Of a stretch of DNA of 64,000 bases, positions 29,083-38,833 are shown one piece after another. Each line of letters begins with the position of its first letter. The stretch's first letter is position 1. Source of the DNA: a virus. Lineage: Duplodnaviria; Heunggongvirae; Uroviricota; Caudoviricetes. A program made the position numbers and the translations under genes. The DNA lies in the IMG/VR virus record IMGVR_UViG_3300032167_007646; one strand, written 5' to 3'. The notes under the pieces were generated by a model. It searched no databases, had not been told where the DNA came from, and saw only the letters and a list, made by a program, of their open reading frames with translations.

Positions 29083-29355
29083 TTACTTTACCTCTGGCTT
29101 AAATACTGGCTTATCTCCTACTTCTTCAAGTTCATAAATCATATCTTGAAGTTTATTAATTATTTCAGCATTTATAACTTTTTGAGTATCCTCATCAATG
29201 AGATTTGAACGATAACTTATTTGAGAAATAGCCTCTTCAATATGTGAAATAGCATTTTCAAGATTTTCTTTATATGCTTTATTTTCTGCATCTGTTCTTA
29301 CTACAGTCATAATTTTTTCAATTGTACTAATTCTTTTAATTGGCATAATTAACAC
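29083..29355 (-). CDS. Hypothetical protein
   Basis: 90-aa ORF. Confidence 0.3.
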   Translation of the reverse strand: MLIMPIKRISTIEKIMTVVRTDAENKAYKENLENAISHIEEAISQISYRSNLIDEDTQKVINAEIINKLQDMIYELEEVGDKPVFKPEVK

Positions 29356-29358
29356 TCC

Positions 29359-29715
29359 TTATTTAACACTACTATTTACAAGTTTAAGATTTTCAATATT
29401 AAAAAATTCCTTTGATGTTTCTACAAACATTACTTCTGCAAGAAGTCTTGTCATTCTTATAAAATCTTCATCACTACAAATAGACCAAATTTCTCTGTCA
29501 TATCTTTCTTCATTTTCACAAAGAAAATACTTTTTATCTTCCTTATTTACAAATTCTATTGTAAGTGTTTCCCAAACTTCTTCACCGTCATAGGCTCTTC
29601 TATTATAAATTAAGACTCCTTTATCATTAGGTTTTACATAAAGAATATCTACAATAGTTTGGTCATCCCTAACAACATGAATTTCTTCTTTTTCTACACA
29701 AAATCTTAAAAACAT
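29359..29715 (-). CDS. Hypothetical protein
   Basis: 118-aa ORF. Confidence 0.3.
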   Translation of the reverse strand: MFLRFCVEKEEIHVVRDDQTIVDILYVKPNDKGVLIYNRRAYDGEEVWETLTIEFVNKEDKKYFLCENEERYDREIWSICSDEDFIRMTRLLAEVMFVETSKEFFNIENLKLVNSSVK

Positions 29716-29737
29716 ATTATATACACCTCATTTATTA

Positions 29738-30328
29738 TTATTTCATTAAATTAAACTTTATTTCTTCCACAAAATTAGTAGAAACTGTTTTTACATTCTC
29801 AAAAGTATTATATGCAAAATTATTAAATGTATCTACATCAAACTGCATAGGTTCACTCGCTACTCCAACCTTAACAAACATATACACACTTAAAGCAACC
29901 ATAAGAATAAGAAACATTGTTTCACCAAATCCACGAGTTCTAATTGAAGCAATATGAAAATGTCTTTTTGTTAAAGGATAAAGCCACATAATACCCTTAT
30001 AATTAAAACTATCAAGAATTAAATGTGACATTGTACCAATAATAAAACCTAAACAAATATATGTAGGAAGCGCCATACTCATAAGAAAATAAAGTACTAT
30101 ATAAAGAATAGGAGTATGGAAAAACCCTCTATGTCCAAAAGCACGAGAAATACCTTTTGAAACAAATCCTGCTTTTCTTCCTAATTTACTATCTTCTATA
30201 TCAAGGTCAGGAATCAATGCAGAAATCGCACTTACAGCAGTTACTACTGCTAAACTTTCAACAGGCATTACTGTTGAAGTTAATGCTGCTGCACAAATAC
30301 CACCTACAAAATGTGTTTTATATGTCAT
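29738..30328 (-). CDS. Membrane-bound metal-dependent hydrolase, YdjM/DUF457-like
   Basis: Begins 'MTYKTHFVGGI' and has multiple His in TM helices. Confidence 0.45.
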   Translation of the reverse strand: MTYKTHFVGGICAAALTSTVMPVESLAVVTAVSAISALIPDLDIEDSKLGRKAGFVSKGISRAFGHRGFFHTPILYIVLYFLMSMALPTYICLGFIIGTMSHLILDSFNYKGIMWLYPLTKRHFHIASIRTRGFGETMFLILMVALSVYMFVKVGVASEPMQFDVDTFNNFAYNTFENVKTVSTNFVEEIKFNLMK

Positions 30329-30358
30329 TTAACTCACCCTCATTTCTTTGATATATTT

Positions 30359-30387
30359 ATTATAGCATACTTATTACTTTTTGTCAA
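30359..30387 (-). promoter_or_regulatory. Promoter TTGACA-N17-TATAAT for 29738-30328
   Basis: Minus-strand TTGACA at 30382-30387 and TATAAT at 30359-30364. Confidence 0.55.
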
Positions 30388-30417
30388 CACTTTTTTTATA
30401 AAATAAAAATGATTAGT

Positions 30418-30867
30418 TTAAATACTAACCATTTCTACTTCTTTTTTAGTCTTTTTATATTTTATTTTTCTATATAACCAATAAATAAACTCATATATAA
30501 TAATTACTATAAAAGATAATAGTAGCCAATAAAAACTAAACTCTAAACATATTTGACCACCTAAATTATACTCTAAATATGAATAATCCCAAACTCTCCA
30601 TTGTAACCATTTATTCACAATTATTCCTGATATAAACTCTATAGAAGTTATACCTAAACAAGCAATAAGTGTTCTTAATAAAATATTTTGTTTTCTTAAT
30701 AATATATTTACATCTATAACTAATAAAAGTGATAAACCACCTATTATAGTCATAACCCAATGACAATTTCCTGCACGATACATTAACTCTATACAAGGGT
30801 ATCCTATAGCACCTATAAAAAATATTAAAATTTGATACAAAATTCTTTTTAACATATATTTAGCCAA
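30418..30867 (-). CDS. Membrane protein
   Basis: 149-aa polytopic ORF. Confidence 0.4.
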   Translation of the reverse strand: MAKYMLKRILYQILIFFIGAIGYPCIELMYRAGNCHWVMTIIGGLSLLLVIDVNILLRKQNILLRTLIACLGITSIEFISGIIVNKWLQWRVWDYSYLEYNLGGQICLEFSFYWLLLSFIVIIIYEFIYWLYRKIKYKKTKKEVEMVSI

Positions 30868-31112
30868 CCTTTAAATGCTTTTATTTTAGTAAATATTATA
30901 ACATATATCAAATATTTTGTCAATAATTATACTATAATTTTTATTATAAATTAAACTATAATAAAAAATAAAAATAGTTAAAAAAATATAAAAATTTTTA
31001 AGTTTTTACTTAATTTTTTGTTGTCTTTACAAGATTTCTTTATTTTAAAAAGTAAAAGTGTTAAAAATACTGAAATTTCAAGCAAATTTAACACTTTTCA
31101 AAAAATTAAATT

Positions 31113-32681
31113 TTATTTTCTATTTTTAGATGTCTTTTTTGTATCAGATTCAGTATTTGATACTTCTTCTTCTACTTTATTTTCAATTGTAACACCTTTT
31201 AAACCCTCTGTTATTGCACCTGCAATATTAGAACCTATTTTTTCTTCTTTACTTTCATTAGCATCCATTAACATTTTTGTACCTAAAGCACCTGCTAATA
31301 CAGATTTAATATCTATACCTAAACCTGCTGTTAATCCCTCTGAAATTTGAGAAGTTGATTTAGTAATATCCTCAACTAATTTAGAAGTATTACCCTCACC
31401 ATACATAGTAATCTTATCAATATTAGCCAAAGGTTTAGCAACATGCTCAGCAATTTCAGGTAATATCTTAAAGTACATTTCAAGAACAGCAGCCTCTTTC
31501 ATCTTAGCCATAGCTTCTGCTTTCTTTTCAGTTGCTTCAGCTTCAGCAATACCTTTTGCTCTTACTGCTTCTGCTTCTGCAAGACCTCTTGCTCTAATAC
31601 CCTCTGCTTCCTGTTCTGCTTCATACTTACGAGCATCTGCATTTATCCTTAATGCTTCAGCCTCACGCTCTACTTCAAACTTTTTAGCCTCTGCATCTTT
31701 TTGACGCTTATACAATTCAACTTCAGCCATTTTTTCTTGTTTATACTTTTCAGCGTCAGCCTGCTTACGAATTGTAGCACTCAATTCTTGTTCTTTAACT
31801 TCTGCTTCCTTTTTCTTCAATTCAACAGCTTTTTCCTGTGCAGCAATATTCGCATTTGCTGTAGTTATTTCTATTGTTTTACGCTGTTCCTCTTTCTGAA
31901 TTTCATAAGCAGCATCAGCTTCAGCCTGCTTAACATCAGATTCTCTTTTTAGTTCAGCCTGTTTTATCTTCAACTGATTTTGCTTTTCTGCAATATCTGT
32001 ATCTGAATTAACCTGTGCTTCATTAGCCATTTTCTTTGCCTCTGCTTCCGCAATAGCAACATCTCTTTCTGCCATAGCCTTTGCAATTGAAGCATCTTTT
32101 TGAATTTGAGACATATTATCCTGACCTAATGCTACAATCAAACCCTTTTCATCATCAATTCTCTGAATATTACAAGAAATAATTTCAATACCTAAAGCAT
32201 TCATATCTTTCTGTGCTTTTTCTTGAACTTCATCACCAAACTTCTTTCTATCAGTACAAAGTTCTTTCAATTTAACAGTACCTATAATTTCTCTCATATT
32301 ACCTTGTAAAGAATCAGTTAAAGCACTAACTATTTCATCTTCTCTCATATTCAAGAAGTTTTTCATAGCCAATTTAATACCCTCATCATCTGTCTTTACC
32401 CTAATTTTAGCAACAGCATCTATATCTACACCTATAAAATCTAATGTAGGAATATAACCATTTGTCTTAATATCTACAGTTATTTGCTTAACAATAAGAT
32501 TATCCTTTCTTTCTAAAAAAGGAATCTTAATACCTGCTCTACCTATCAATATACGAGGTTCTTTTCTATAACCTGATATAATATAAGCTTTATCAGGTGG
32601 AGCTTTAACATAACCTGACATCAAAATGATTAAAAAGAATATAACCACTGCCACTACTGGAATTATAATTGATAAATCCAT
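31113..32681 (-). CDS. Flotillin-like SPFH/band-7 protein (FloT/YuaG-like)
   Basis: N-terminal TM, SPFH domain, and a long Ala/Glu-rich 'EA-repeat' coiled coil. Confidence 0.75.
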   Translation of the reverse strand: MDLSIIIPVVAVVIFFLIILMSGYVKAPPDKAYIISGYRKEPRILIGRAGIKIPFLERKDNLIVKQITVDIKTNGYIPTLDFIGVDIDAVAKIRVKTDDEGIKLAMKNFLNMREDEIVSALTDSLQGNMREIIGTVKLKELCTDRKKFGDEVQEKAQKDMNALGIEIISCNIQRIDDEKGLIVALGQDNMSQIQKDASIAKAMAERDVAIAEAEAKKMANEAQVNSDTDIAEKQNQLKIKQAELKRESDVKQAEADAAYEIQKEEQRKTIEITTANANIAAQEKAVELKKKEAEVKEQELSATIRKQADAEKYKQEKMAEVELYKRQKDAEAKKFEVEREAEALRINADARKYEAEQEAEGIRARGLAEAEAVRAKGIAEAEATEKKAEAMAKMKEAAVLEMYFKILPEIAEHVAKPLANIDKITMYGEGNTSKLVEDITKSTSQISEGLTAGLGIDIKSVLAGALGTKMLMDANESKEEKIGSNIAGAITEGLKGVTIENKVEEEVSNTESDTKKTSKNRK

Positions 32682-32803
32682 AATCTCATCTTTCCCTTCT
32701 ATAATTTTTATAAAGAAAAATATTCTTTATTATATTTTAATTATGTAAACTGTCTTAATAACTGTCCAAACAATACCATTTCTGTTAAATAATATAAAAT
32801 TAT

Positions 32804-32848
32804 ACAAAAAAAAGATGTGTTAAACATAAAGTTTAACACATCTTTTTT
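32804..32848. terminator. Bidirectional intrinsic terminator ending the operon
   Basis: A-run, then hairpin GATGTGTTAAAC-ataaa-GTTTAACACATC, then a T-run. Confidence 0.6.
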
Positions 32849-32850
32849 AT

Positions 32851-33232
32851 TTAATCACAATTACAATCGCAATCACAATCACAATCGCAATCACAAGACA
32901 TATCACAACTAAAATCCCCTGTATCACAAACACAATCATCTTGAATTGTAGAATTATTTATTTCATCTTTAACCATATTTTCTATTTCACTATGTAATAA
33001 AACAGATTTACCATATTTTCTACTACCTAAAATAGATACTTCTCTCTCATCAAATTTTTTTCTTTATATCCTCTGATAATCCATATTTTCTACTACCTAA
33101 AATACTTGACCTGTTTCTTCCCTGATAAGCAAAACTATTACGAGCAACTTCCATACCTTTTTTAAAGCCCTCATGATAACCCTCTTGATAACCATCATGC
33201 CAAGATTTTATTTCTTTATTCTTATCTTTCAT
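32851..33232 (-). pseudogene. Frameshifted gene: a 60-aa ORF (33050-33232) followed in the +1 frame by an ORF ending in a 41-aa Cys/Asp-repeat tail (MVKDE...CDCDCDCDCDCNCD). Removing one base from a T7/A7 run at 33055-33061 fuses them.
   Basis: Hand translation. ORF1 ends '...ILGSRKYGLSEDIKKKI*'. The downstream frame reads '...FDEREVSILGSRKYGKSVLLHSEIENMVKDEINNSTIQDDCVCDTGDFSCDMSCDCDCDCDCDCNCD*'. A 24-bp direct repeat (33017-33040 and 33087-33110) encodes ILGSRKYG twice. Confidence 0.4.
32855..32900 (-). repeat. Imperfect hexanucleotide repeat (plus strand ACAATC[A/G])n encoding (Cys-Asp)n
   Basis: Plus strand reads 'acaattacaatcgcaatcacaatcacaatcgcaatcacaag'. Seen directly in the sequence. 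Confidence 0.8.
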
Positions 33233-33242
33233 ATTATCACCC

Positions 33243-33410
33243 TTACAACTTTATTTTTTTATTTTTCAAAGAACCATCCCAAATACTCCTAATCTTACAT
33301 ATAAAAGAATTTCTATTTCTATCATCATCTATTGACACACAAACAGGAACATCTTTACCCTCTTGTGCTAATGCTATCTTTTCTTTTGCAGTTAAATACT
33401 TTTTCTTCAT
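33243..33410 (-). CDS. Small hypothetical protein; start moved to MKKKYLTAKEK
   Basis: Short ORF inside the operon. Cys-containing. Confidence 0.3.
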   Translation of the reverse strand: MKKKYLTAKEKIALAQEGKDVPVCVSIDDDRNRNSFICKIRSIWDGSLKNKKIKL

Positions 33411-33423
33411 ACCTACATCTCCT

Positions 33424-34821
33424 TTACCATACAATTATAGGCATTGATTTATCTATATTTTCATAAACAACTTTTGCTGCATTTAATGGCATATTTACAC
33501 AACCATGAGAACCATTCCACTTATAAATATTCCCACCAAATTGATACCTCCAAGTAGCATCATGCAAACCTATACCACCATCAAAAGGCATCCAATACTT
33601 AACGGGTGTTTCATAATCTACACCCCTTAATACAGCATTTCTTGTTTTATATGTAAGAGAAAAAATACCTTTACGAGTACCCATATTTCTACCAACATTT
33701 CCTGTAACAACAGGAGTATCAACTATACATTCACCATTTACATACATCCAAACCCTCTGATTATCTATACTTACTTCTACATAACTATTTGAGAAATCTT
33801 TTTCACCAAATACTGCACCCTTTTGACTGAATATACCATCAAATGTTCCTGAATTTTTATTTAATAAATTTTCTTTTATGCTCTCAATCATTTTATTTCT
33901 ATCTAATATCCAACCATAATCCCCATTTGAAACTGTAATTACATCACCTGTGGAAGTTGTAAAAGAACGAGAAGTACCTATTGTAGTATATTTTTTATTC
34001 AACTCACCTACAAAAGATTTTACACCATCATTATCTATGTTAAAAGGTTTATCACCATTTAATGATATACCATCTTCTATATAATTAGGTATTAACCAAG
34101 CATAAAATATAGGTAAAGTAATTTTTTCTTTATTATTACCAAAAATGTATTCTAATTCAACTTCTTTATAACTGTTATAAATACCTAAATTACTGTTCAA
34201 AACTGAATTTTCTTTAATTACCTCTGGTGCTTCATAACAATTCAACTCTACAAAATCTATCTCTTTTTCAAAAGATTTTAATGCTTGTTCAAAAATATCA
34301 GAACAACCATCTACAAAAACATTGCCATAAACTTCTGGTATTATTTCAAATTCATTCTTTTCTATATTATATGTAATATACGCATTTTTTGATTCTATAA
34401 TATTTTCTTCATTCTTTTTACTTATAGTATTTATAATACTATCTATACTATCCTTATCTATAATAATAACATTAGTTAAATCTAAAGATTGTGTAGATTT
34501 ACTAAATAAAAATTTAAATTTACTCAATTTTCTTAAATTTTCCAATAATACTTCTTGATTTATATTTTCTATAACTTCAGAATATGACTTTTCTTCTGTT
34601 GAATTATCTGACAACTTTATAACAAAATTATAATCATTTATTTCATTTGAAATAATTTCACTTGCTTGTTTATTTGTCTTAAAACTTATATCTATATCAC
34701 CTATATCTGTACTTACTACAGAAGTAAAAGGAAAAACAATATTAAACAATACAACAACACCTATTACTACGACAAGTAAAATACTACACGCAACTATAAT
34801 CCAGTTGCTTACCTTTTTCAT
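33424..34821 (-). CDS. Membrane-anchored L,D-transpeptidase (YkuD-domain) protein
   Basis: N-terminal TM. C-terminal catalytic region '...GIGLHDATWRYQFGG...GSHGCVNMP'. Confidence 0.7.
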   Translation of the reverse strand: MKKVSNWIIVACSILLVVVIGVVVLFNIVFPFTSVVSTDIGDIDISFKTNKQASEIISNEINDYNFVIKLSDNSTEEKSYSEVIENINQEVLLENLRKLSKFKFLFSKSTQSLDLTNVIIIDKDSIDSIINTISKKNEENIIESKNAYITYNIEKNEFEIIPEVYGNVFVDGCSDIFEQALKSFEKEIDFVELNCYEAPEVIKENSVLNSNLGIYNSYKEVELEYIFGNNKEKITLPIFYAWLIPNYIEDGISLNGDKPFNIDNDGVKSFVGELNKKYTTIGTSRSFTTSTGDVITVSNGDYGWILDRNKMIESIKENLLNKNSGTFDGIFSQKGAVFGEKDFSNSYVEVSIDNQRVWMYVNGECIVDTPVVTGNVGRNMGTRKGIFSLTYKTRNAVLRGVDYETPVKYWMPFDGGIGLHDATWRYQFGGNIYKWNGSHGCVNMPLNAAKVVYENIDKSMPIIVW

Positions 34822-34850
34822 TAACTATCTACCTACCTTTACTACAAATA

Positions 34851-35405
34851 TTATCCATCACGTCTATCCCAAGTCTTTTTAGTCTCTACTTCTGCTGAAA
34901 TAGGTTCTTGTTCTGCTTCTATCTTTTCATCAAGATGTTTTAATGATTTACCACAAATATCACAATAATTTGACTTAAATATAGATAATTTATACAAAGC
35001 ATCTGCTACATCATCAGCTTCAAATAACTCTTTACCACAAACACAAAATAAACTACCATCATTAAATACTAATCCATTTTTCTCAAGTAATTTATCAGAA
35101 TATTTACTATCAGAAAGTCTTAAAATCTTATCAATAGTTTCTCTTATTTTATCCTCACCAACAATATTCATGTTCTTTACATTATTTACAAGCATAGAAG
35201 CAAGAGTATTAAGAATAAACTCATTTTTAGCCTTTTCATCTTCCTTAAATTTTTCAGGTACTCTTATTTCACCACAATTAGGACAAATTCTTACAGCAAT
35301 TTGATTTACATCTATACCACCATAATCATTATCCCCATAACCACCGTCTGAATGATACCAAGTAGTATCATAATACACATTTTTATTACAAAATTTACAA
35401 GCCAT
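34851..35405 (-). CDS. Cys-rich zinc-ribbon protein
   Basis: CxxC pairs 'CKFCNK', 'CPNCGE', 'CVCGKE' and 'CDICGK'. Confidence 0.4.
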   Translation of the reverse strand: MACKFCNKNVYYDTTWYHSDGGYGDNDYGGIDVNQIAVRICPNCGEIRVPEKFKEDEKAKNEFILNTLASMLVNNVKNMNIVGEDKIRETIDKILRLSDSKYSDKLLEKNGLVFNDGSLFCVCGKELFEADDVADALYKLSIFKSNYCDICGKSLKHLDEKIEAEQEPISAEVETKKTWDRRDG

Positions 35406-35417
35406 AATTGTTCCCCC

Positions 35418-36206
35418 TTAACCCATATGATTACAAGCAAAATTTGATAAAGCATAAAGTTTTTCTACAACAAAATCAGGAATATAACCACTTTCACTAT
35501 GCACACAAATTTTACCTAAAACTTCTATATTTATATTATCAACAGTTAATTTACCACTTGTAATACCATCTCTCAAAGCCTTACACTCTTTACTATTCTT
35601 TTTATAGGAACAATAATCACAAGAAAAGTTATCTACTTCTTTATCATCACCCTCTAAAAGACAATCAGTACAACTAAAATACCATCCTATAAGACCTTTA
35701 CAATCCCAAGAATTGCAAACATATTCTTCTGAACAATCTGTTACCAAATCTATTACTTTTTCATCTGTAGAAAAATCTACCATATAAAAAGGTGCCATAC
35801 GAACAGGTCCTTCATTTGATTTCTTATGTTCTTCAAACTTTCTCTTCCAAAACTCTACATAATCTGCATAAGTTTCACATTCTAACCAATCAATATTATA
35901 ATCAAAATAATCCCAAGTTTCAAAACCAAAATCTTTCTTCAATTTCTTATTGATTTTATCATGCTCTTCATATAATTCTTTTGTATATTTTCCATCCTTA
36001 ATATACTTAAAAGAACTTGATTTTTCATCATAATAAACACCATAATCAGATGCTACTTTTAACAATTTTTCTTTATTCTCATAATATTCTCTATAATATT
36101 CTTTAATCATATTAAAAAGAATATCTTTTGTTTTATCATCATCTTTTTTACCAATTATGAAACTACTACTCGAACTATTTGTAACATAATCCATCCTAAT
36201 TTTCAT
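35418..36206 (-). CDS. DFVTNSSSSSF-tag family protein, paralog 4 (Cys-rich; C-terminus 'ACNHMG')
   Basis: N-terminus 'MKIRMDYVTNSSSSSFIIG'. Full-length paralog of 37348-38133. Confidence 0.5.
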   Translation of the reverse strand: MKIRMDYVTNSSSSSFIIGKKDDDKTKDILFNMIKEYYREYYENKEKLLKVASDYGVYYDEKSSSFKYIKDGKYTKELYEEHDKINKKLKKDFGFETWDYFDYNIDWLECETYADYVEFWKRKFEEHKKSNEGPVRMAPFYMVDFSTDEKVIDLVTDCSEEYVCNSWDCKGLIGWYFSCTDCLLEGDDKEVDNFSCDYCSYKKNSKECKALRDGITSGKLTVDNINIEVLGKICVHSESGYIPDFVVEKLYALSNFACNHMG

Positions 36207-36207
36207 A

Positions 36208-36654
36208 TCAATCTTCCTCCAATATTACAAAATATTCTTTATTCATTTCTGCTAAACCTTTTATCATCTCTGTCAAAGTATCATCTGAATAATCTATATA
36301 CTTAAATAAAATTTTATATCCATCATGAACATACTCAATTATCTTTTCATAATCTTCCTTACAATAAGGAGAATTGATAAATAAAGTTTCTAATGTATCT
36401 TGACTACTACCATATCTACCTAAAAAATACTTATTAAAAGATTCTTCATCTTTACAAAGAACACCCTCTGTTGTTTCATCATAAGAAGAACCTGCTGAAA
36501 ATAGAATTTTATCTACCATTTCATTGATATTTCTCAAAAAAGGATAACGCTTCAAGACATCTTCATCCAAATTTGGAAAATCTTTATATGCAATAACAAA
36601 ACTACTACTTGAACTATTTGTTACAAAATCTGTTCTTAACTTCATTATAACCAC
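36208..36654 (-). CDS. DFVTNSSSSSF-tag family protein, paralog 3 (short)
   Basis: N-terminus 'MKLRTDFVTNSSSSSFVIA'. Shares only the tag with the other paralogs. Confidence 0.5.
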   Translation of the reverse strand: MVIMKLRTDFVTNSSSSSFVIAYKDFPNLDEDVLKRYPFLRNINEMVDKILFSAGSSYDETTEGVLCKDEESFNKYFLGRYGSSQDTLETLFINSPYCKEDYEKIIEYVHDGYKILFKYIDYSDDTLTEMIKGLAEMNKEYFVILEED

Positions 36655-36655
36655 C

Positions 36656-37336
36656 TTACCTTTCTACTTCTTCAAAATACATATTCAACCATTCTAAAGG
36701 TATTTCTATCCATTGGAAAATATTTTGATGATATAATTCTAAATGAACTTCACCATCTAATGCACTATCAACATCTTCATTCAATTCATATAAACTATCC
36801 TTATTTACTGCAATTTGGTCATTGCTACAATCACAATTATCCAAATAAAATGACTTAATACATCTATATAATTTAGGTTCTTCTACTTCAACCATTTTAT
36901 TTGAAACATATTCTGTATTTTCTTTAATATCAAATATATGAGCCAAAGGTAATTTTGTCTTATAAAATGCACCCTCACCTATATATCTCATATCATCAGA
37001 TTGTTCAAAATGAAAAAGATTTTCACATTCTGCAAAGGCATATTTACCAATATAATGTAAATCACTACCACCTTTATTAAGATGTACTGACCATAAATTT
37101 TTAAATCCCCTAAAAGCATTATCACAAATAACTCTTACACTATCTGGTAACACTACTTCTCTTACAGTTTCTTCATGTAAAATACCTTTTTCATCTTTAA
37201 GCATATCACAAAGAACTTCTCTTGAAACAACTTCAATACCATCTGGAAAATATACTATATTTGTTCCAACCTCTGGACTTACTTCAAATTCGATATAACC
37301 ATATAATTGTTTCTTATAATCCACAAACGACACCAC
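36656..37336 (-). CDS. Leucine-rich-repeat protein (BspA-type LRR_5-like)
   Basis: Repeats 'IGKYAFAECENL' and 'IGEGAFYKTKL'. Confidence 0.5.
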   Translation of the reverse strand: MVSFVDYKKQLYGYIEFEVSPEVGTNIVYFPDGIEVVSREVLCDMLKDEKGILHEETVREVVLPDSVRVICDNAFRGFKNLWSVHLNKGGSDLHYIGKYAFAECENLFHFEQSDDMRYIGEGAFYKTKLPLAHIFDIKENTEYVSNKMVEVEEPKLYRCIKSFYLDNCDCSNDQIAVNKDSLYELNEDVDSALDGEVHLELYHQNIFQWIEIPLEWLNMYFEEVER

Positions 37337-37347
37337 CTAACATTTAT

Positions 37348-38133
37348 TTAACCCATATGATTGCAATAAACATTAGATTTTGCACCTAATTTTTCTACAA
37401 CATATTCAGGTATATAACCACAATAACTTATCACACCTATTTTACCTAATACCTTGCAAACAAGTGTCTCTTTTGTATATTTACCTTCTTTTTCATTTGA
37501 CTTAAACTTTTCACAAGCATCTTTATTATGATTAAAAGGACATTCCCCACATTCTCCAATATAATTTCCTTCTAAATCATAATCCTGCTCTTCTGATGGG
37601 AAAAGAACACAAGGTAAATACCAATCTATCAATTCTTGATAATCAAAGCTATCTTTGAATAACTTACCATCTGGCATTTCTCTATCTTTTTCAAAATCAA
37701 TTATATCAAAAGGTCTCATAGAAAAACCATGAGCATCCTTTGAATCTTTTCCACCAAAAAATTCTACAAAATCATCATAAGTTTCACATTTTAACCACTC
37801 AAAATTATGATAAAAATATAAATCACAAAGTTCTACACCAAAATCTTTTTTCAAACGAGCATTTATTTCTTTACGCTCTGCTCTAAGTTCATCAGTAAGT
37901 TTACCAAACTTAATATATGTAAAACACTCTCTTTCTACATCCCAACAAACACCATAATCTTTTGCAACAGGCATAAGTCTTTTCTTTATATCTAAAAACT
38001 CTTTATAAATATGTCTTACAAGTTCATATACAGTATTTTTATCAATACCATCACCATATTTACCTATAATAAAACTACTACTTGAGCTATTTGTAACAAA
38101 ATCTTTTCTAAATTTCATACCTACTACCACCAA
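37348..38133 (-). CDS. DFVTNSSSSSF-tag family protein, paralog 2 (Cys-rich; C-terminus 'YCNHMG')
   Basis: N-terminus 'MKFRKDFVTNSSSSSFIIG'. Aligns along its full length with 35418-36206. Confidence 0.5.
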   Translation of the reverse strand: MVVVGMKFRKDFVTNSSSSSFIIGKYGDGIDKNTVYELVRHIYKEFLDIKKRLMPVAKDYGVCWDVERECFTYIKFGKLTDELRAERKEINARLKKDFGVELCDLYFYHNFEWLKCETYDDFVEFFGGKDSKDAHGFSMRPFDIIDFEKDREMPDGKLFKDSFDYQELIDWYLPCVLFPSEEQDYDLEGNYIGECGECPFNHNKDACEKFKSNEKEGKYTKETLVCKVLGKIGVISYCGYIPEYVVEKLGAKSNVYCNHMG

Positions 38134-38829
38134 TCATTCTAATTCTAATGTTCTTGTATGTTTACATTTACCTGTTTTCTTACAATATGTAAAAGTTTCT
38201 GTGTCATTACTACTTCTACCACCTGCATACTCTTCAAAATCTTCCTCAGTAACTTCTTCCACAGAAATACCTTTTTCTGCTGCTATATTTTTATAAATCT
38301 TCTTTAATGTTTTCTTATCATAACAGTCAGGATACATTCTTGTATCACTATCTCCACCCCAACCATAATCATTATACTCTATCTCTACATCACCAATATC
38401 ATTAAATATTTCTTTACTTCTCAATAATATTTCTTTTGCAATCTGACTATTTTTAGGCAAAGGATTCTCTTCTTCAAAATCAATTTTAGGAATACAACCC
38501 TTTCTACTAATAATAGCATATTCTGTATCAAATAAAGATATAAAAGTATTTAAAGCCTCTCTTAAATTTTTAGGTGCTTCATAGATATAACCATCTTGTT
38601 CCGTATATGTAACAATATCGCCATCTACATTTAAATTATTTAAGGCATAAGTATAACCATTAAAATCCTCTTCTGATAAATCTACATCCTTATCATATAA
38701 TTTAGGACAAACTTCTAACTGAAATCTTTTTATAATCTCTGAAAGAGTTTTACTCTCAATTTGAACAGTAATAAAACTACTACTAGAACTGTTTGTAACA
38801 AAATCACTTCTAAATTTCACTTTATACAC
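38134..38829 (-). CDS. DFVTNSSSSSF-tag family protein, paralog 1
   Basis: N-terminus 'MYKVKFRSDFVTNSSSSSFITV'. The rest of the protein is unrelated to the other paralogs. Confidence 0.5.
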   Translation of the reverse strand: MYKVKFRSDFVTNSSSSSFITVQIESKTLSEIIKRFQLEVCPKLYDKDVDLSEEDFNGYTYALNNLNVDGDIVTYTEQDGYIYEAPKNLREALNTFISLFDTEYAIISRKGCIPKIDFEEENPLPKNSQIAKEILLRSKEIFNDIGDVEIEYNDYGWGGDSDTRMYPDCYDKKTLKKIYKNIAAEKGISVEEVTEEDFEEYAGGRSSNDTETFTYCKKTGKCKHTRTLELE

Positions 38830-38833
38830 TCCT

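Noticed and set aside
32855-32900. Short tandem repeat considered as a CRISPR-like or non-coding satellite
   Set aside because: The 6-bp period encodes an in-frame (Cys-Asp)n peptide tail. There are no spacers. It is not a CRISPR array.
33017-33110. Possibility that the 24-bp direct repeat marks a 70-bp insertion or duplication that disrupts the gene
   Set aside because: The two copies are diverged outside the 24-mer. The simpler explanation is a 1-nt change in the adjacent A7 tract, since removing one A restores a single frame. The larger duplication may still be an older event.
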